A stretch of 64,000 nt of DNA from Pseudobutyrivibrio ruminis (GTDB lineage: Bacteria; Bacillota; Clostridia; Lachnospirales; Lachnospiraceae), in the NCBI GenBank assembly GCA_015057315.1, contig SVER01000014.1, positions 10,388 to 74,387 on the forward strand, given 5' to 3'. The translations under genes and the position numbers were made by a program. The notes beneath the pieces were generated by a model. It searched no databases. It was not told the DNA's origin and was given only the letters and a program-made list of their open reading frames with translations. Of this stretch, positions 39,813-49,838 are shown piece by piece; within the stretch, counting starts at the first letter, position 1, and each line of letters begins with the position of its first letter.

Positions 39813-40766
39813 ATGTTAGGAATTGTTTATGCAGGCCAGGGTTCTCAAAGAGTGGGAATGGGTCAGGATTTTTATGAGAAGTATGACAGCTTTAGAAAGA
39901 CCTTTGATGGGGCTACTGAGGCTGTAAAGAAGGTAACTGATATGGATGTTGCCAAGCTGTGTTTTGAGGGTCCTGAGGAGCAGTTGTCTCAGACTAAGTA
40001 TACTCAGCCAGCTATGGTGGCTTTCGCAATCGGCGTTACTAAGCTTTTGAAAGAGGCAGGTATCACAGCTGATTATACATGTGGTCTTAGCCTTGGAGAG
40101 TATTCTGCATTGTATGAGGCAGGTACAATCAATGAGGCTGATGTTATGGAGCTTATCGCAAAGAGAGGTAAGTACATGGCAGAGGCTTCCGAGGGCTTGG
40201 ATGTAAAGATGGCTGCTGTAATGGGTGCAGATAGAGAGACAGTTTTTGAGTGCTGCGATAAGGCTAACGCAGAGCTTATGGGTGAGAAGATTGTGCAGGC
40301 TGCTAATTTTAATTGCCCTGGACAGATTGTAATTTCTGGTGATGCTTTGGCTGTTGATAAGGCTAGCGCATATCTTAAAGAAGCTGGAGCAAAAAGAATT
40401 GTGCCACTGAAGGTAAGTGGTCCATTCCATACATCGCTGATGAAGCCTGCGGGAGATAAGCTTGCAGAAGAGTTTAAGAATATCTCCTTTAATGAAGAGC
40501 AGTCAAAGGTGGTGTTCAATTGCCTTGGAAGAGAAAAGAATGATGGGGAAGACATTCCTACACTTTTGGAAAAGCAGGTTCAGTCATCTGTATATCTGGA
40601 GGATTCAATTAAGTATATGGTAGATGCAGGTGTAGATACTATCATCGAAATTGGTCCAGGTAAGGCAATTAGTAAGTTTATAAATAAGACAGTGGATGAT
40701 GTAAAGGTGTATTCAATCGATTCTGTTGAGGACTTCGAAAATACGGTAAAGGAGTTAGGGGCATGA
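39813..40766 (+). CDS. fabD: Malonyl-CoA:ACP transacylase
   Basis: YAGQGSQ, TQPA, GLSLGEYSAL, NFNCPGQIVISG, VSGPFH. Confidence 0.95.
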   Translation: MLGIVYAGQGSQRVGMGQDFYEKYDSFRKTFDGATEAVKKVTDMDVAKLCFEGPEEQLSQTKYTQPAMVAFAIGVTKLLKEAGITADYTCGLSLGEYSALYEAGTINEADVMELIAKRGKYMAEASEGLDVKMAAVMGADRETVFECCDKANAELMGEKIVQAANFNCPGQIVISGDALAVDKASAYLKEAGAKRIVPLKVSGPFHTSLMKPAGDKLAEEFKNISFNEEQSKVVFNCLGREKNDGEDIPTLLEKQVQSSVYLEDSIKYMVDAGVDTIIEIGPGKAISKFINKTVDDVKVYSIDSVEDFENTVKELGA

Positions 40767-41488
40767 GTGTTGCACTAGTTACAGGCGGAAGCCGTGGTAT
40801 AGGAAGAGTAATTGCTGAGAAGCTTGCATCTGCAGGCTTCAATATCGCTATCTGTTATTCAGGAAATGAAAGCGCTGCCCAGGAGACAATAGAGCTTTGT
40901 AAGAAGCATGGCGTTCAGGCTATGTATCTTAAGGCAGATGTTTCAAGTGAGGCAGAAGTAAGTGAGATGTTTGCTCAGGTTAAGAGCCTGCTTGGACCTG
41001 TGGATGTGCTTGTTAATAACGCAGGTGTTACTAAGGATGGCTTGTTGATAAGAATGTCCGAGGCGGATTTTGAAAAGGTGGTTGATATTAATCTTAAGGG
41101 TACATTCCTTTGTACTAAGGCTGCAATCAAGGACATGATGAAAAACAGAAAGGGAAGCATTATTAGTATCACATCTATCGTAGGTGTGCAGGGTAATGCT
41201 GGTCAGGCAAACTATGCTGCAAGTAAGGCTGGTCTTATAGGATTTACCAAGTCAGTCGCAAGAGAATATGGTGCTAAGGGAGTTAGGGTAAATGCTGTAG
41301 CTCCTGGATTTATTCAGACTGCTATGACAGATGAACTTCCAGAGAATGTAAAGGAAGATTATCTAAAGCGCATTCCTCTTAATAGATTTGGTCAGGCAGA
41401 GGATGTGGCAAATGTTGTAGAGTTTTTGGCATCTGAGAAAGCCTCATATATCACTGGTCAGGTGGTAGAGGTAACTGGAGGAATGTAA
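40763..41488 (+). CDS. fabG: 3-oxoacyl-ACP reductase
   Basis: VTGGSRGIG, NNAG, YAASK, VAPGFI. Confidence 0.95.
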   Translation: MSVALVTGGSRGIGRVIAEKLASAGFNIAICYSGNESAAQETIELCKKHGVQAMYLKADVSSEAEVSEMFAQVKSLLGPVDVLVNNAGVTKDGLLIRMSEADFEKVVDINLKGTFLCTKAAIKDMMKNRKGSIISITSIVGVQGNAGQANYAASKAGLIGFTKSVAREYGAKGVRVNAVAPGFIQTAMTDELPENVKEDYLKRIPLNRFGQAEDVANVVEFLASEKASYITGQVVEVTGGM

Positions 41489-41489
41489 A

Positions 41490-42728
41490 ATGAAAAGAAG
41501 AGTTGTTATCACTGGCATGGGAACGGTTAATCCACTTGGAAATGATGTGGAGGCTACATGGGACGCTGTAAAGGCAGGTAAATGTGGAATCGGCCCTATA
41601 ACACATTTTGATACAAGTGACTTGAAAGTTAAGCTCGCTGGGGAAGTGAAAAAATTTGACGCGGCAGAGGTTCTTGGCCCAAAAGAGGCAAGACGTATGG
41701 ATGTGTACACACAGTATGCATGTGCTGCTGCAAAGGAAGCATTTGAAGATTCAGGACTTCAGATGGAAAAGGAAAATGCAGATAGAGTAGGTTGCATTGT
41801 TTCATCAGGAATCGGCGGCCTGTCTACCATCGCTGAGGAGCATGGCAAGGGTGAGGAAAAGGGCTATGGCAAGATTTCTCCATACTTCATACCAATGTCT
41901 ATCAGTAATATGGCAGCAGGTCAGATTGCCATTATGTATGGCCTTAAGGGTATGTGTACATGTGTTGTAACAGCATGTGCCAGCTCAAACAATGCCATAG
42001 GAGATGCATTCCATCGTATCAGAGATGATTATGAGGATGTTATGGTTTGCGGTGGTGCAGAAGGTGTAGTAATGCCGCTTGCTATTGGTGGATTTCAGTC
42101 TATGAAGGCGCTTTGCACAAGCGAAAACCCTAATAGAGCATCCATCCCATTTGATAAGGAAAGACATGGCTTTGTAATGGGTGAGGGCGCTGGTATTCTT
42201 GTACTTGAGGAGTTAGAGCATGCCAAGGCACGTGGAGCTAAAATCTATGCAGAGATAATAGGCTACGGTTCTAACTGTGACGCATACCACATCACTGCAC
42301 CAAACCCAGAGGGTGAAGGCGGCGCTAAATGTATGGCACTTGCAGTAAAGGATGCAGGGCTTGAGATGAAGGATGTTGATTACATCAATGCCCATGGTAC
42401 ATCAACAAGCCTAAACGATGCTGGTGAGACACTGGCTATTAAGAAGGCCTTTGGAGACCATGCTTACAAGCTTATGGTAAGCTCAACCAAATCAATGACA
42501 GGCCATCTTCTTGGTGCAGCAGGTGCCGTAGAGGGCATTATTACCTCCCTTGCCCTTAAGGATGGATTCGTACCAGCAACTATCAATTACCTTGAAAAAG
42601 ACGAAGCCTGCGACCTTGATATCGTTCCAAACATCGGACGCAAGGCCGACATCAAAGTGGCTCTTTCCAACGCCCTCGGCTTCGGAGGCCACAACGCATC
42701 AATCGTACTTCGTAAATACGAAGCGTAA
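41490..42728 (+). CDS. fabF: 3-oxoacyl-ACP synthase II
   Basis: VTACASS, NAHGTST, KSMTGHLLGAAG, NALGFGGHN. Confidence 0.96.
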   Translation: MKRRVVITGMGTVNPLGNDVEATWDAVKAGKCGIGPITHFDTSDLKVKLAGEVKKFDAAEVLGPKEARRMDVYTQYACAAAKEAFEDSGLQMEKENADRVGCIVSSGIGGLSTIAEEHGKGEEKGYGKISPYFIPMSISNMAAGQIAIMYGLKGMCTCVVTACASSNNAIGDAFHRIRDDYEDVMVCGGAEGVVMPLAIGGFQSMKALCTSENPNRASIPFDKERHGFVMGEGAGILVLEELEHAKARGAKIYAEIIGYGSNCDAYHITAPNPEGEGGAKCMALAVKDAGLEMKDVDYINAHGTSTSLNDAGETLAIKKAFGDHAYKLMVSSTKSMTGHLLGAAGAVEGIITSLALKDGFVPATINYLEKDEACDLDIVPNIGRKADIKVALSNALGFGGHNASIVLRKYEA

Positions 42729-42742
42729 ACGTAGGGGGCATT

Positions 42743-42931
42743 TAGATGAGGTGTAGTAAACAATTATTAATACAAGCAAGGAGCCAATCTCGCGACGGCT
42801 TGTATTAATGATTGTTTACGTAACGCCGGACTAAGAGTATTAGATGAGGTGTAGTAAACAATTATTAACACAATTAAGGAGCCAATCTCGCGACGGATTG
42901 TGTTAATGATTGTTTGCGTAACACCGGACTA
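42743..42931 (+). repeat. Two tandem 91-bp TAGATGAG...CGGACTA hairpin elements (98-bp period)
   Basis: Units 42743-42833 and 42841-42931, identical loop aaggagccaatctcgcgacg, compensatory stem changes. Confidence 0.9.
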
Positions 42932-42940
42932 GGAGACTAT

Positions 42941-43369
42941 ATGCAGTTAAGTAATTCAGAGATTCAGGAGATTTTGCCACATCGCTATCCATTCTTGTTG
43001 GTAGATAAGATAGTGGAATGTGAGCCAGGAAAATATGCTAAGGGTATCAAATGCGTCAGCGCAAACGAAATGCATTTCATGGGCCACTTTCCTGGACATC
43101 CTGTTATGCCTGGTGTTCTAATTATAGAAGCACTGGCTCAGGTAGGTGCAGTTGCACTTTTAACGGAAGAGGAAAATAAAGGTAAGCTAGCGTTCTTTGG
43201 CGGTATCAAGAATGCGAGGTTTAAGAGACAGGTGGAACCTGGTGATGTTTTAAACCTCGAATGCACACTTACAGCAAGGAAAGGACCAGTAGGGTTTGGG
43301 GAGGCTATTGCCACAATCGATGAAAAAATTGTTGCAAAAGCTGAAATTTCCTTTGCCATTGGCGAATAA
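42941..43369 (+). CDS. fabZ: 3-hydroxyacyl-ACP dehydratase
   Basis: [30 protein letters not shown]. Start at 42941. Confidence 0.96.
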   Translation: MQLSNSEIQEILPHRYPFLLVDKIVECEPGKYAKGIKCVSANEMHFMGHFPGHPVMPGVLIIEALAQVGAVALLTEEENKGKLAFFGGIKNARFKRQVEPGDVLNLECTLTARKGPVGFGEAIATIDEKIVAKAEISFAIGE

Positions 43370-43422
43370 ATTGAGTATGATATTCTGTAGGTAATAAAGT
43401 TAAAGAAAGTTAGGAGTCAAAA

Positions 43423-43884
43423 ATGTTAGAAAAGAATCTTACAGAGGTTTATACCAAATTTAAAATTCATTTTTATCAGGAGATGTTTAACAAGCTACAT
43501 TCAAGAGAAACATCACTTACTATAGTTGAATTATTTTGCGTAGAAATTATATATTGCTTAAACAATCCTACAGTTAAAGAATTCGCTGATTTCATCGGTA
43601 TTTCATCACCAAACGCAGCTTATAAGGTTGCATGCTTGATTGAAAAGGGATATTTGCAGAAGGTACAGTCTCAGACAGATAGAAGAGAGTTCCACCTTCA
43701 CGTTACAGATAAGTATCTTGATTACCTCAATCTTTCAACAGGCTATGTTAGCACAGTTGCAAATCGTTCAGAGGAACACTTCTCTAAGGAAGAGATCGCA
43801 ACACTCAACCATATCTTAGAGGATATGTCTAACGAGCTTATGAGCGAGGTTGCAATTCCTCACCTTGATGAGTTAGATAAATAA
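43423..43884 (+). CDS. MarR-family regulator, probable FabT-like repressor
   Basis: wHTH pattern (TVKEFADFIGISSPNAAYKVACLIEKGY..Q...DRR); last gene of the fab cluster. Confidence 0.7.
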   Translation: MLEKNLTEVYTKFKIHFYQEMFNKLHSRETSLTIVELFCVEIIYCLNNPTVKEFADFIGISSPNAAYKVACLIEKGYLQKVQSQTDRREFHLHVTDKYLDYLNLSTGYVSTVANRSEEHFSKEEIATLNHILEDMSNELMSEVAIPHLDELDK

Positions 43885-43905
43885 TTAAGTAATAATTGAT
43901 AATTC

Positions 43906-43940
43906 GGCACCATGCATTGTGATGATGTATGGTGCCTTTT
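43906..43940 (+). terminator. Intrinsic terminator of the fab cluster
   Basis: ggcaccatgcat...atgtatggtgcc followed by tttt. Confidence 0.7.
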
Positions 43941-43958
43941 AGTGTGAGGACTTAGTAA

Positions 43959-44675
43959 ATGAGACATAATAAAGTTAAAATAGTATGGAGTATAGTTGCA
44001 ATTCTTCTATTAGTATTGGTAGCTAGTTTAGTATATATTCACGTTAGTGATGCTAATGAGCAAAAACAAATTGAGGAAGATGGAGAAGCGTTAGGCTTAG
44101 ATATTGAAGCTCATGAGGATAAACCTCATGAATCCACAAAAGAATTTGAGAAGGCAGTTGATGAGCAGGATGCATTAAATAATGATGATTCAAAGGATGC
44201 AGATGAAATAGAGGATACTAAATCAGAGACTGTTATAGAAAATGAATCTGATGTTTCTTATGGGAATTTTGAAATAAATACAGAAAGTGGCGCAAGTGAT
44301 TCATTTGGCCCTATAACCAAGGAAGAATATGATACCTTCAAGAAAACCTGCAATGATACAATAGATACAAATAAGATGCAGGATATAAAAGCACTCATGA
44401 CCAAGGACTATACAGGAACCTGGTATGATCCAGAAAATGGAGAGGCTATTAGATTGTCATCGGAAGGTGCTTATGTATATATTCCTTATTTAGATTATTA
44501 TGGGGATACCTTGTATCAATGGGAATTAGTAGACCGTTCAGCACAGGGGGCTTGCCCAATGCTACAAATCTACTTGTGGGGCCCAGACACACCAGGGCTA
44601 GCATATTATGTAGCAGGCTATAATGAGAAATATTTCTATGGCAAGCTTCAAGGCTATGTATTTTACAAGCAATAA
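43959..44675 (+). CDS. Hypothetical membrane-anchored extracellular protein
   Basis: N-terminal TM, acidic linker, aromatic-rich C-terminal domain. Confidence 0.75.
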   Translation: MRHNKVKIVWSIVAILLLVLVASLVYIHVSDANEQKQIEEDGEALGLDIEAHEDKPHESTKEFEKAVDEQDALNNDDSKDADEIEDTKSETVIENESDVSYGNFEINTESGASDSFGPITKEEYDTFKKTCNDTIDTNKMQDIKALMTKDYTGTWYDPENGEAIRLSSEGAYVYIPYLDYYGDTLYQWELVDRSAQGACPMLQIYLWGPDTPGLAYYVAGYNEKYFYGKLQGYVFYKQ

Positions 44676-44705
44676 AATAGGGGATATAATATCATTTTTG
44701 GCATA

Positions 44706-45092
44706 TAAGTGGAAAAAATGATATTTTGAAATCCACTTAGTTTTTGATATTTTGTATGTAAGTGAATTTACAACACTTGGTAAAACACTTAACTATTGCT
44801 GCAATTGTTAAGCTTAATATGGCTATAGAAGAAAAACGCTTACCACCATTTTTGAAAAGTTAAGTGTTTTAGGAGAAAGCTTGAAATAAACGCACTTTTT
44901 TCGGGCTGACTTAAGTGGTTCTTTACTGGTTATACAAAAACACTTATATATTTTGTAAGTGTAATTTGAGATTCCCGATATACCACTTAACTAACTCCCA
45001 AAATAGTAAGCTTTCTAGGATAACAGTCTATTTCCACTTAACTTTTTTTCGCGAGTGATAAGTGGATTTTATAAATAAGAAAATAACACTTA
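44706..45092. repeat. Array of eight TAAGTG-N~22-CACTTA units, period about 51 bp
   Basis: taagtg/taagct at 44706, 44759, 44809, 44861, 44912, 44956, 45007 and 45059; each followed 27-32 nt later by cactta/cgctta/cacttt. Confidence 0.8.
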
Positions 45093-45157
45093 AAAATAGT
45101 GCTATTAATGAGTAATAATACATTATCTTAGAAGAATAAGCTTTCCCGCGCTGAATA

Positions 45158-45201
45158 AAGTAAAAGGCTAAGTGCACTCAGATGCACTTAGCCTTTTACT
45201 T
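45158..45201. terminator. 19-bp perfect hairpin, probable terminator for the minus-strand gene
   Basis: aagtaaaaggctaagtgca-ctcaga-tgcacttagccttttactt. Confidence 0.75.
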
Positions 45202-45217
45202 CATTCAATATTGCTTT

Positions 45218-46441
45218 TTATATCTGCTCTCCATTAAGCACAAATGTCTCATCTGGCTCAATTGGAACACATACACATTTCTTGCCGTCTACATAAGCTG
45301 TAGTAACATCCGCAGCCTTGCTTTCAGAAACCTTTACAACAATGTCAGGAATCTTGCCATCAGCTGTTTCTCCTGTAGCTTCCTTAAGCTGCTTTGTAAG
45401 GTCAACAACACGTTCTTTGAGCACGTTTTTTTCAACTCTAATTTCATTATTTTTAAGAGCCTTTTCGTCTAAGATTTCTTCCGCAAGTGGAAGCTGCTCT
45501 TCAAAATAGTTTTCAAAATTAGCCTGAATCTTTTCAACCTTCACATCAGAAAGTCCAGAATCTGTAAGGATATTTGCAACATCCTGTGGCTCTAATATAA
45601 TAGGCTCTTCAGGTCCTAAACGCTCTGCTTCAACAGTGATAAAATCAGAAAGATTCTGCTGGATATCAAGCTTTGTCTCAAGAGTCTCTTCAGTCTCTTC
45701 ACCAAGAGCCTGGTTAAGCATGTTGTTAAATGCATTCTTCTTTTGAGTAGTAGTCTTACGAGTGCCACAGCCGATGCAGTTCTCCCAGAACTCTACATGA
45801 GGCTCCTTGGTGTTCTTGGTGTATGCAAGGCATGCATGCAAATCAGTGGAACGGTCTGTAAAAGCAGGGAAAGTAAATGCAGTGTCCACAGGGCCTACAA
45901 CCCAATCTCTATCCCTTGCGCCGATGCGGTTTTCCTGCTCACGGTAGCCAAGCGCAGCCTTTGAAAGCTGAACAGGGCAGATGGCGCAGATGATGTATTC
46001 GTATACTTCCTCAGATTCATCTAATGCTAGGTTATCGCTAGTCTTCATAGGAACATCGTAAGTATCATGGAACAATACAATCAGATAGTTTCCAACATAA
46101 TCATATGTTTCGATAATACGATTGTAGTATTCAATAAGAAGCTTCTCATCCTGAAGGCCTGTCTCACGAAGCCTCATAAGTAAATCGTGGCCGCTTCCTT
46201 CTATTTCTGATTCTGGGTCAAATGGAAGCTCTAATAGATTGTTTCCAATAGTTCCAGACATGGCTTTGTTGGCAATCTCTAAATATTTATGAAATTCCTC
46301 ATCCTCAAGATTAAGGAAGGTCTCCTTAAAGGTAAGAACCATTTCCTTGTTGGCATCTACATAGCAGCCAACCATCTTGTCAAAGTTGACGGAATCCTTT
46401 TTAAAACGTCGCTTTATTTCATTTACTTCTTTTTTATTCAT
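45218..46441 (-). CDS. DUF4317-like conserved protein
   Basis: MNKKEVNEIKRRF, GCYVD, YDVPMKTSD, FTFPAFTDRSTD pattern, as recalled for this family. Confidence 0.75.
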   Translation of the reverse strand: MNKKEVNEIKRRFKKDSVNFDKMVGCYVDANKEMVLTFKETFLNLEDEEFHKYLEIANKAMSGTIGNNLLELPFDPESEIEGSGHDLLMRLRETGLQDEKLLIEYYNRIIETYDYVGNYLIVLFHDTYDVPMKTSDNLALDESEEVYEYIICAICPVQLSKAALGYREQENRIGARDRDWVVGPVDTAFTFPAFTDRSTDLHACLAYTKNTKEPHVEFWENCIGCGTRKTTTQKKNAFNNMLNQALGEETEETLETKLDIQQNLSDFITVEAERLGPEEPIILEPQDVANILTDSGLSDVKVEKIQANFENYFEEQLPLAEEILDEKALKNNEIRVEKNVLKERVVDLTKQLKEATGETADGKIPDIVVKVSESKAADVTTAYVDGKKCVCVPIEPDETFVLNGEQI

Positions 46442-46626
46442 TTAACTCTAACTCCTGTCTTTAAATGTAACGACTCTATTATAAGTTTGAAAAAAATGGA
46501 TAACAAGTCTTGATGTTTGGAATATTAAAAGTTTTACTCAAAAAAGGCAGGAATACTTTGAAAAGTATTAAGTAAGTAGTATATTTATGTGGAAAGAATT
46601 ACAAATAACAAAAAGGGAGAATTATT

Positions 46627-47184
46627 ATGGTTTTATTGTATGTATTGGCTTTTATTGTAATAGTTATATTGGCTTGGATTATAGCTGTATCTAATAGAAT
46701 GAAAGTTATGGAAGTAAAAATTGACGAGGCATCATCATCTATCGATGTAGCCCTTGAAAAAAGATATTCTGTTCTTTCAAAGCAGATGGATATCGTAAAG
46801 GGTGTGTGTTCTCATGAGCAGAAGCTATTATTTGAATCCATAAAGCTGCGCCAGGGAATGAATTTTGATGAGCAAAATGAAGCAATTGAAAAGGTCACTA
46901 AATTAGCTAACGGTATCAATGCATTGGCGGAAAACTATCCTGAAATAAAGACAAATGAGAACTTTGCAATTTTGCAAAAGAGTGTTAATGACACAGAAGA
47001 GCATCTCCAGGCTGCCAGGAGATTGTTCAATTCTAACGTATCTTCATTCAATCAGTATGTAGTAACTTTTCCTAATTCTATAGTTGCGGCTTTAGTGGGA
47101 AAGCAACAGAAAACATTTTTTGTTGCTGATGAACAAAGAAAAAAAGATGTGGATTTATCCATGGATTCTGTCAGCAATAATTAG
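46627..47184 (+). CDS. lemA: LemA family protein
   Basis: N-terminal TM, IDVALEKR, LAENYPEIK, QAARRLFNSNV, FPNSIVA. Confidence 0.9.
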   Translation: MVLLYVLAFIVIVILAWIIAVSNRMKVMEVKIDEASSSIDVALEKRYSVLSKQMDIVKGVCSHEQKLLFESIKLRQGMNFDEQNEAIEKVTKLANGINALAENYPEIKTNENFAILQKSVNDTEEHLQAARRLFNSNVSSFNQYVVTFPNSIVAALVGKQQKTFFVADEQRKKDVDLSMDSVSNN

Positions 47185-47192
47185 GAGAAAAC

Positions 47193-48143
47193 ATGTTATC
47201 AGTTAAAGAATTAAGTGAGAAGTTTAATAATTTAGATATAAGTACCAAACGCCTGATTGTGGTTTCAGGTTTCATACTTTTACTCTTTCTTATGGTGACA
47301 GGCTTGTTCGTCCCCTTGTTATTCATTCTACTTATACTATTTGGGGTGATGTCCAGCCGTTACTATAAAATCAAGAAAGCTGTTCAAAAGGATTTTAAGG
47401 AAAATCATTTGCAAAGGTTTTTACAGGAAATTTTTCCTGATGCAACTTATTTCCCAGACGGAAGTATAATAGATGTAAATGGATGCAGAGAATGTAATTT
47501 ATTTCCCGTGAAGAAGGAATGGTTTAAAACTGAGGATGGTCTTAAAATGACCTTCGGAAAAAATAACGATATATCATTGGAATATGTGGAAGTATATACC
47601 TACTTAATTAAACATGATGAGGATGGGGATGAATATAAAGAAACTCTTTTTAGAGGGGGCTTGTTTAAATATACATTCTTTAAGAAATTTAAAGATAATA
47701 TCTATGTTATTCCAAATAAAACAAAAAATGGTAAGCCTGTTCATGGCTTGCTAGGTGGCGAAAAGCCAGAGTTTAATCCATCTAAGGCTGAAAAGGATTT
47801 GCATGAAATACAGCTGGAGGATGTAGAATTTAATGAATTGTTTTCTGTTTTTTCAGCTAATGATGAGGAGTCCTTTTTTATTTTGACGCCTCAGTATATG
47901 AGTCTTATGAAAGACTTGTACAAAAAGCATGATGGAAAAATACGCTTTAAGTTTAGTGGCAATTATATGTTTATTGCTATCAGTGAAATGGACCTTTTTG
48001 ATTTTGATTTGGAATACAATAGTAATAGACAGTTTGATGAAGAAAAAACATTTGAAAAGTGTGTAAATCAGACGAAGGAAGAAATTAGGGGCTTGGAGGA
48101 ATTTGCCACGACCCTTGAACTTGGGGATAGTATTTTCTATTAA
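47193..48143 (+). CDS. DUF3137-like membrane protein
   Basis: Two N-terminal TMs, TLFRG, LEDVEFNELFSVF..ILTPQYM; follows lemA. Confidence 0.7.
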   Translation: MLSVKELSEKFNNLDISTKRLIVVSGFILLLFLMVTGLFVPLLFILLILFGVMSSRYYKIKKAVQKDFKENHLQRFLQEIFPDATYFPDGSIIDVNGCRECNLFPVKKEWFKTEDGLKMTFGKNNDISLEYVEVYTYLIKHDEDGDEYKETLFRGGLFKYTFFKKFKDNIYVIPNKTKNGKPVHGLLGGEKPEFNPSKAEKDLHEIQLEDVEFNELFSVFSANDEESFFILTPQYMSLMKDLYKKHDGKIRFKFSGNYMFIAISEMDLFDFDLEYNSNRQFDEEKTFEKCVNQTKEEIRGLEEFATTLELGDSIFY

Positions 48144-48186
48144 CTGAAAGAAATTAACCTGATATATAGAAAATGTTTCAGAAGAC

Positions 48187-48215
48187 TTGACTTTAATAGT
48201 TCAAATAACTATACT
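48187..48215 (+). promoter_or_regulatory. Sigma-A promoter of the asnS leader
   Basis: ttgact-N17-tatact. Confidence 0.7.
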
Positions 48216-48243
48216 TTACTCAAATAAAGAAAAGGGGACAATC

Positions 48244-48321
48244 ATGGCATTTACATCTATGCTTAATAATCTCAATAACAATAATAACAATAATTCCGTG
48301 AATAATAATCAGGGGATTTAA
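48244..48321 (+). CDS. Asn-rich leader peptide MAFTSMLNNLNNNNNNNSVNNNQGI (proposed asnL)
   Basis: RBS aaagggg; 12 of 25 codons are Asn, including a run of 7; upstream of asnS; not in the supplied ORF track. Confidence 0.85.
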   Translation: MAFTSMLNNLNNNNNNNSVNNNQGI

Positions 48322-48373
48322 TTTTATTGTGTTGATGAGATTTGAAGATTGTTCAAATATGTAAGAATTAGAA

Positions 48374-48410
48374 AGCCTCATCAAGCGCAAGTTTGATGGG
48401 GCTAATTTAT
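48374..48410 (+). terminator. Attenuator hairpin (3:4)
   Basis: agcctcatcaagc-GCAA-gtttgatggggct (13 bp, GNRA loop) followed by aatttatt. The left arm can alternatively pair with ttgatgag at 48332-48339. Confidence 0.75.
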
Positions 48411-48437
48411 TGCTAATAATTAGTGAGGAGAAAAGAT

Positions 48438-49838
48438 ATGAGTGTTAAAACAACAGACATTAGAACCCTTTCTAGAAACTTCAAAGAATATGGAGATAAG
48501 GAAGTAACTGTTTCTGGTTGGGTTCGCAATATGCGTGATTCAAAGACATTTGGATTCTTAGTACTTGCAGATGGTACTTTCTTTAATCCAGTACAGGTAG
48601 TTTTCAACCAGGATAAGATTGATAACTTTGACGAGGTTCGTCATCTTAATGTAGGTGCAGCAGTATACGTAACAGGTACAGTAGTGCTTACACCAGAGGC
48701 TAAGCAGCCATTTGAAATCCAGGCTACAAAGGTTGTAGTTGAAGGAAAATCTACACCAGATTATCCAATCCAGCCAAAGAGACATACAATGGAATACCTT
48801 CGTACACAGACACATCTTCGTGCACGTACAAACACATTCCAGGCAGTATTTCGCGTTCGTTCTCTTTGTGCATACGCTATTCACAAGTTCTTCCAGGAGC
48901 GTGATTTCGTATACGTACACACTCCACTTATCACAGGAAGCGACTGTGAGGGTGCAGGTGAGATGTTCCAGGTTACAACAATGGATCTTAACAACATCCC
49001 TAAGACAGAGGATGGCAAGGTAGATTTCTCACAGGATTTCTTCGGCCATGCTACAAACCTTACAGTATCAGGTCAGCTTAACGGTGAGACTTATGCTCAG
49101 GCATTTAAGAACATCTACACATTCGGTCCTACATTCCGTGCAGAGAACTCTAACACAACTCGTCATGCAGCAGAGTTCTGGATGATCGAGCCAGAGATTT
49201 CTTTCGCTGATCTTGAGGATGATATGGAACTTGCTGAAGATATGATTAAGTTCGTTATCAACTACGTTCTTGAGCATGCACCAGAGGAGATGGAATTCTT
49301 CAACAACTTCATCGATAAGGGACTTCTTGATAGATTACACCATGTTGCTACTTCTGATTTCGGACGTATCACATACACAGATGCTGTTGCAGAGCTTGAG
49401 AAGCACAACGATGAATTCGATTACAAGGTATCTTGGGGCTGCGACTTACAGACAGAGCACGAAAGATACTTAACAGAAAAGATTTTTGGCAAGCCTGTAT
49501 TCGTTACAGATTATCCAAAGGAAATCAAGGCCTTTTACATGAAGCTCAACGATGACGGCAAGACAGTAGCAGCTATGGACTGCCTTGTTCCTGGCATCGG
49601 AGAGATCATCGGTGGCTCACAGCGTGAGGACGACTACGATGTACTTCTTAAGAGAATGCAGGAATGCGGCCTTAAGGAAGAGGACTACCAGTTCTACCTT
49701 GACCTTCGTAAATACGGTAGCTCTCGCCATGCAGGCTTCGGACTCGGCTTCGAGCGCTGCGTAATGTACCTCACAGGAATGGGCAACATCCGTGACGTCA
49801 TCCCATTCCCACGTACAGTAGGTAATTGCGACTTGTAA
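48438..49838 (+). CDS. asnS: Asparaginyl-tRNA synthetase
   Basis: [71 protein letters not shown]. Start at 48438. Confidence 0.97.
   Translation: MSVKTTDIRTLSRNFKEYGDKEVTVSGWVRNMRDSKTFGFLVLADGTFFNPVQVVFNQDKIDNFDEVRHLNVGAAVYVTGTVVLTPEAKQPFEIQATKVVVEGKSTPDYPIQPKRHTMEYLRTQTHLRARTNTFQAVFRVRSLCAYAIHKFFQERDFVYVHTPLITGSDCEGAGEMFQVTTMDLNNIPKTEDGKVDFSQDFFGHATNLTVSGQLNGETYAQAFKNIYTFGPTFRAENSNTTRHAAEFWMIEPEISFADLEDDMELAEDMIKFVINYVLEHAPEEMEFFNNFIDKGLLDRLHHVATSDFGRITYTDAVAELEKHNDEFDYKVSWGCDLQTEHERYLTEKIFGKPVFVTDYPKEIKAFYMKLNDDGKTVAAMDCLVPGIGEIIGGSQREDDYDVLLKRMQECGLKEEDYQFYLDLRKYGSSRHAGFGLGFERCVMYLTGMGNIRDVIPFPRTVGNCDL

Noticed and set aside
48187-48437. T-box riboswitch, or simple AAT microsatellite, upstream of asnS
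   Set aside because: No AGGGTGGNACCGCG-like T-box is visible; the repeat is in frame behind an RBS, mixes AAT/AAC and is followed by alternative helices
3931-48437. Longer upstream starts given for typA, dapB, MCP, cstA, Eco57I MTase, acpP, fabZ and asnS
   Set aside because: Downstream ATGs have proper SD spacing and match the expected family N-termini
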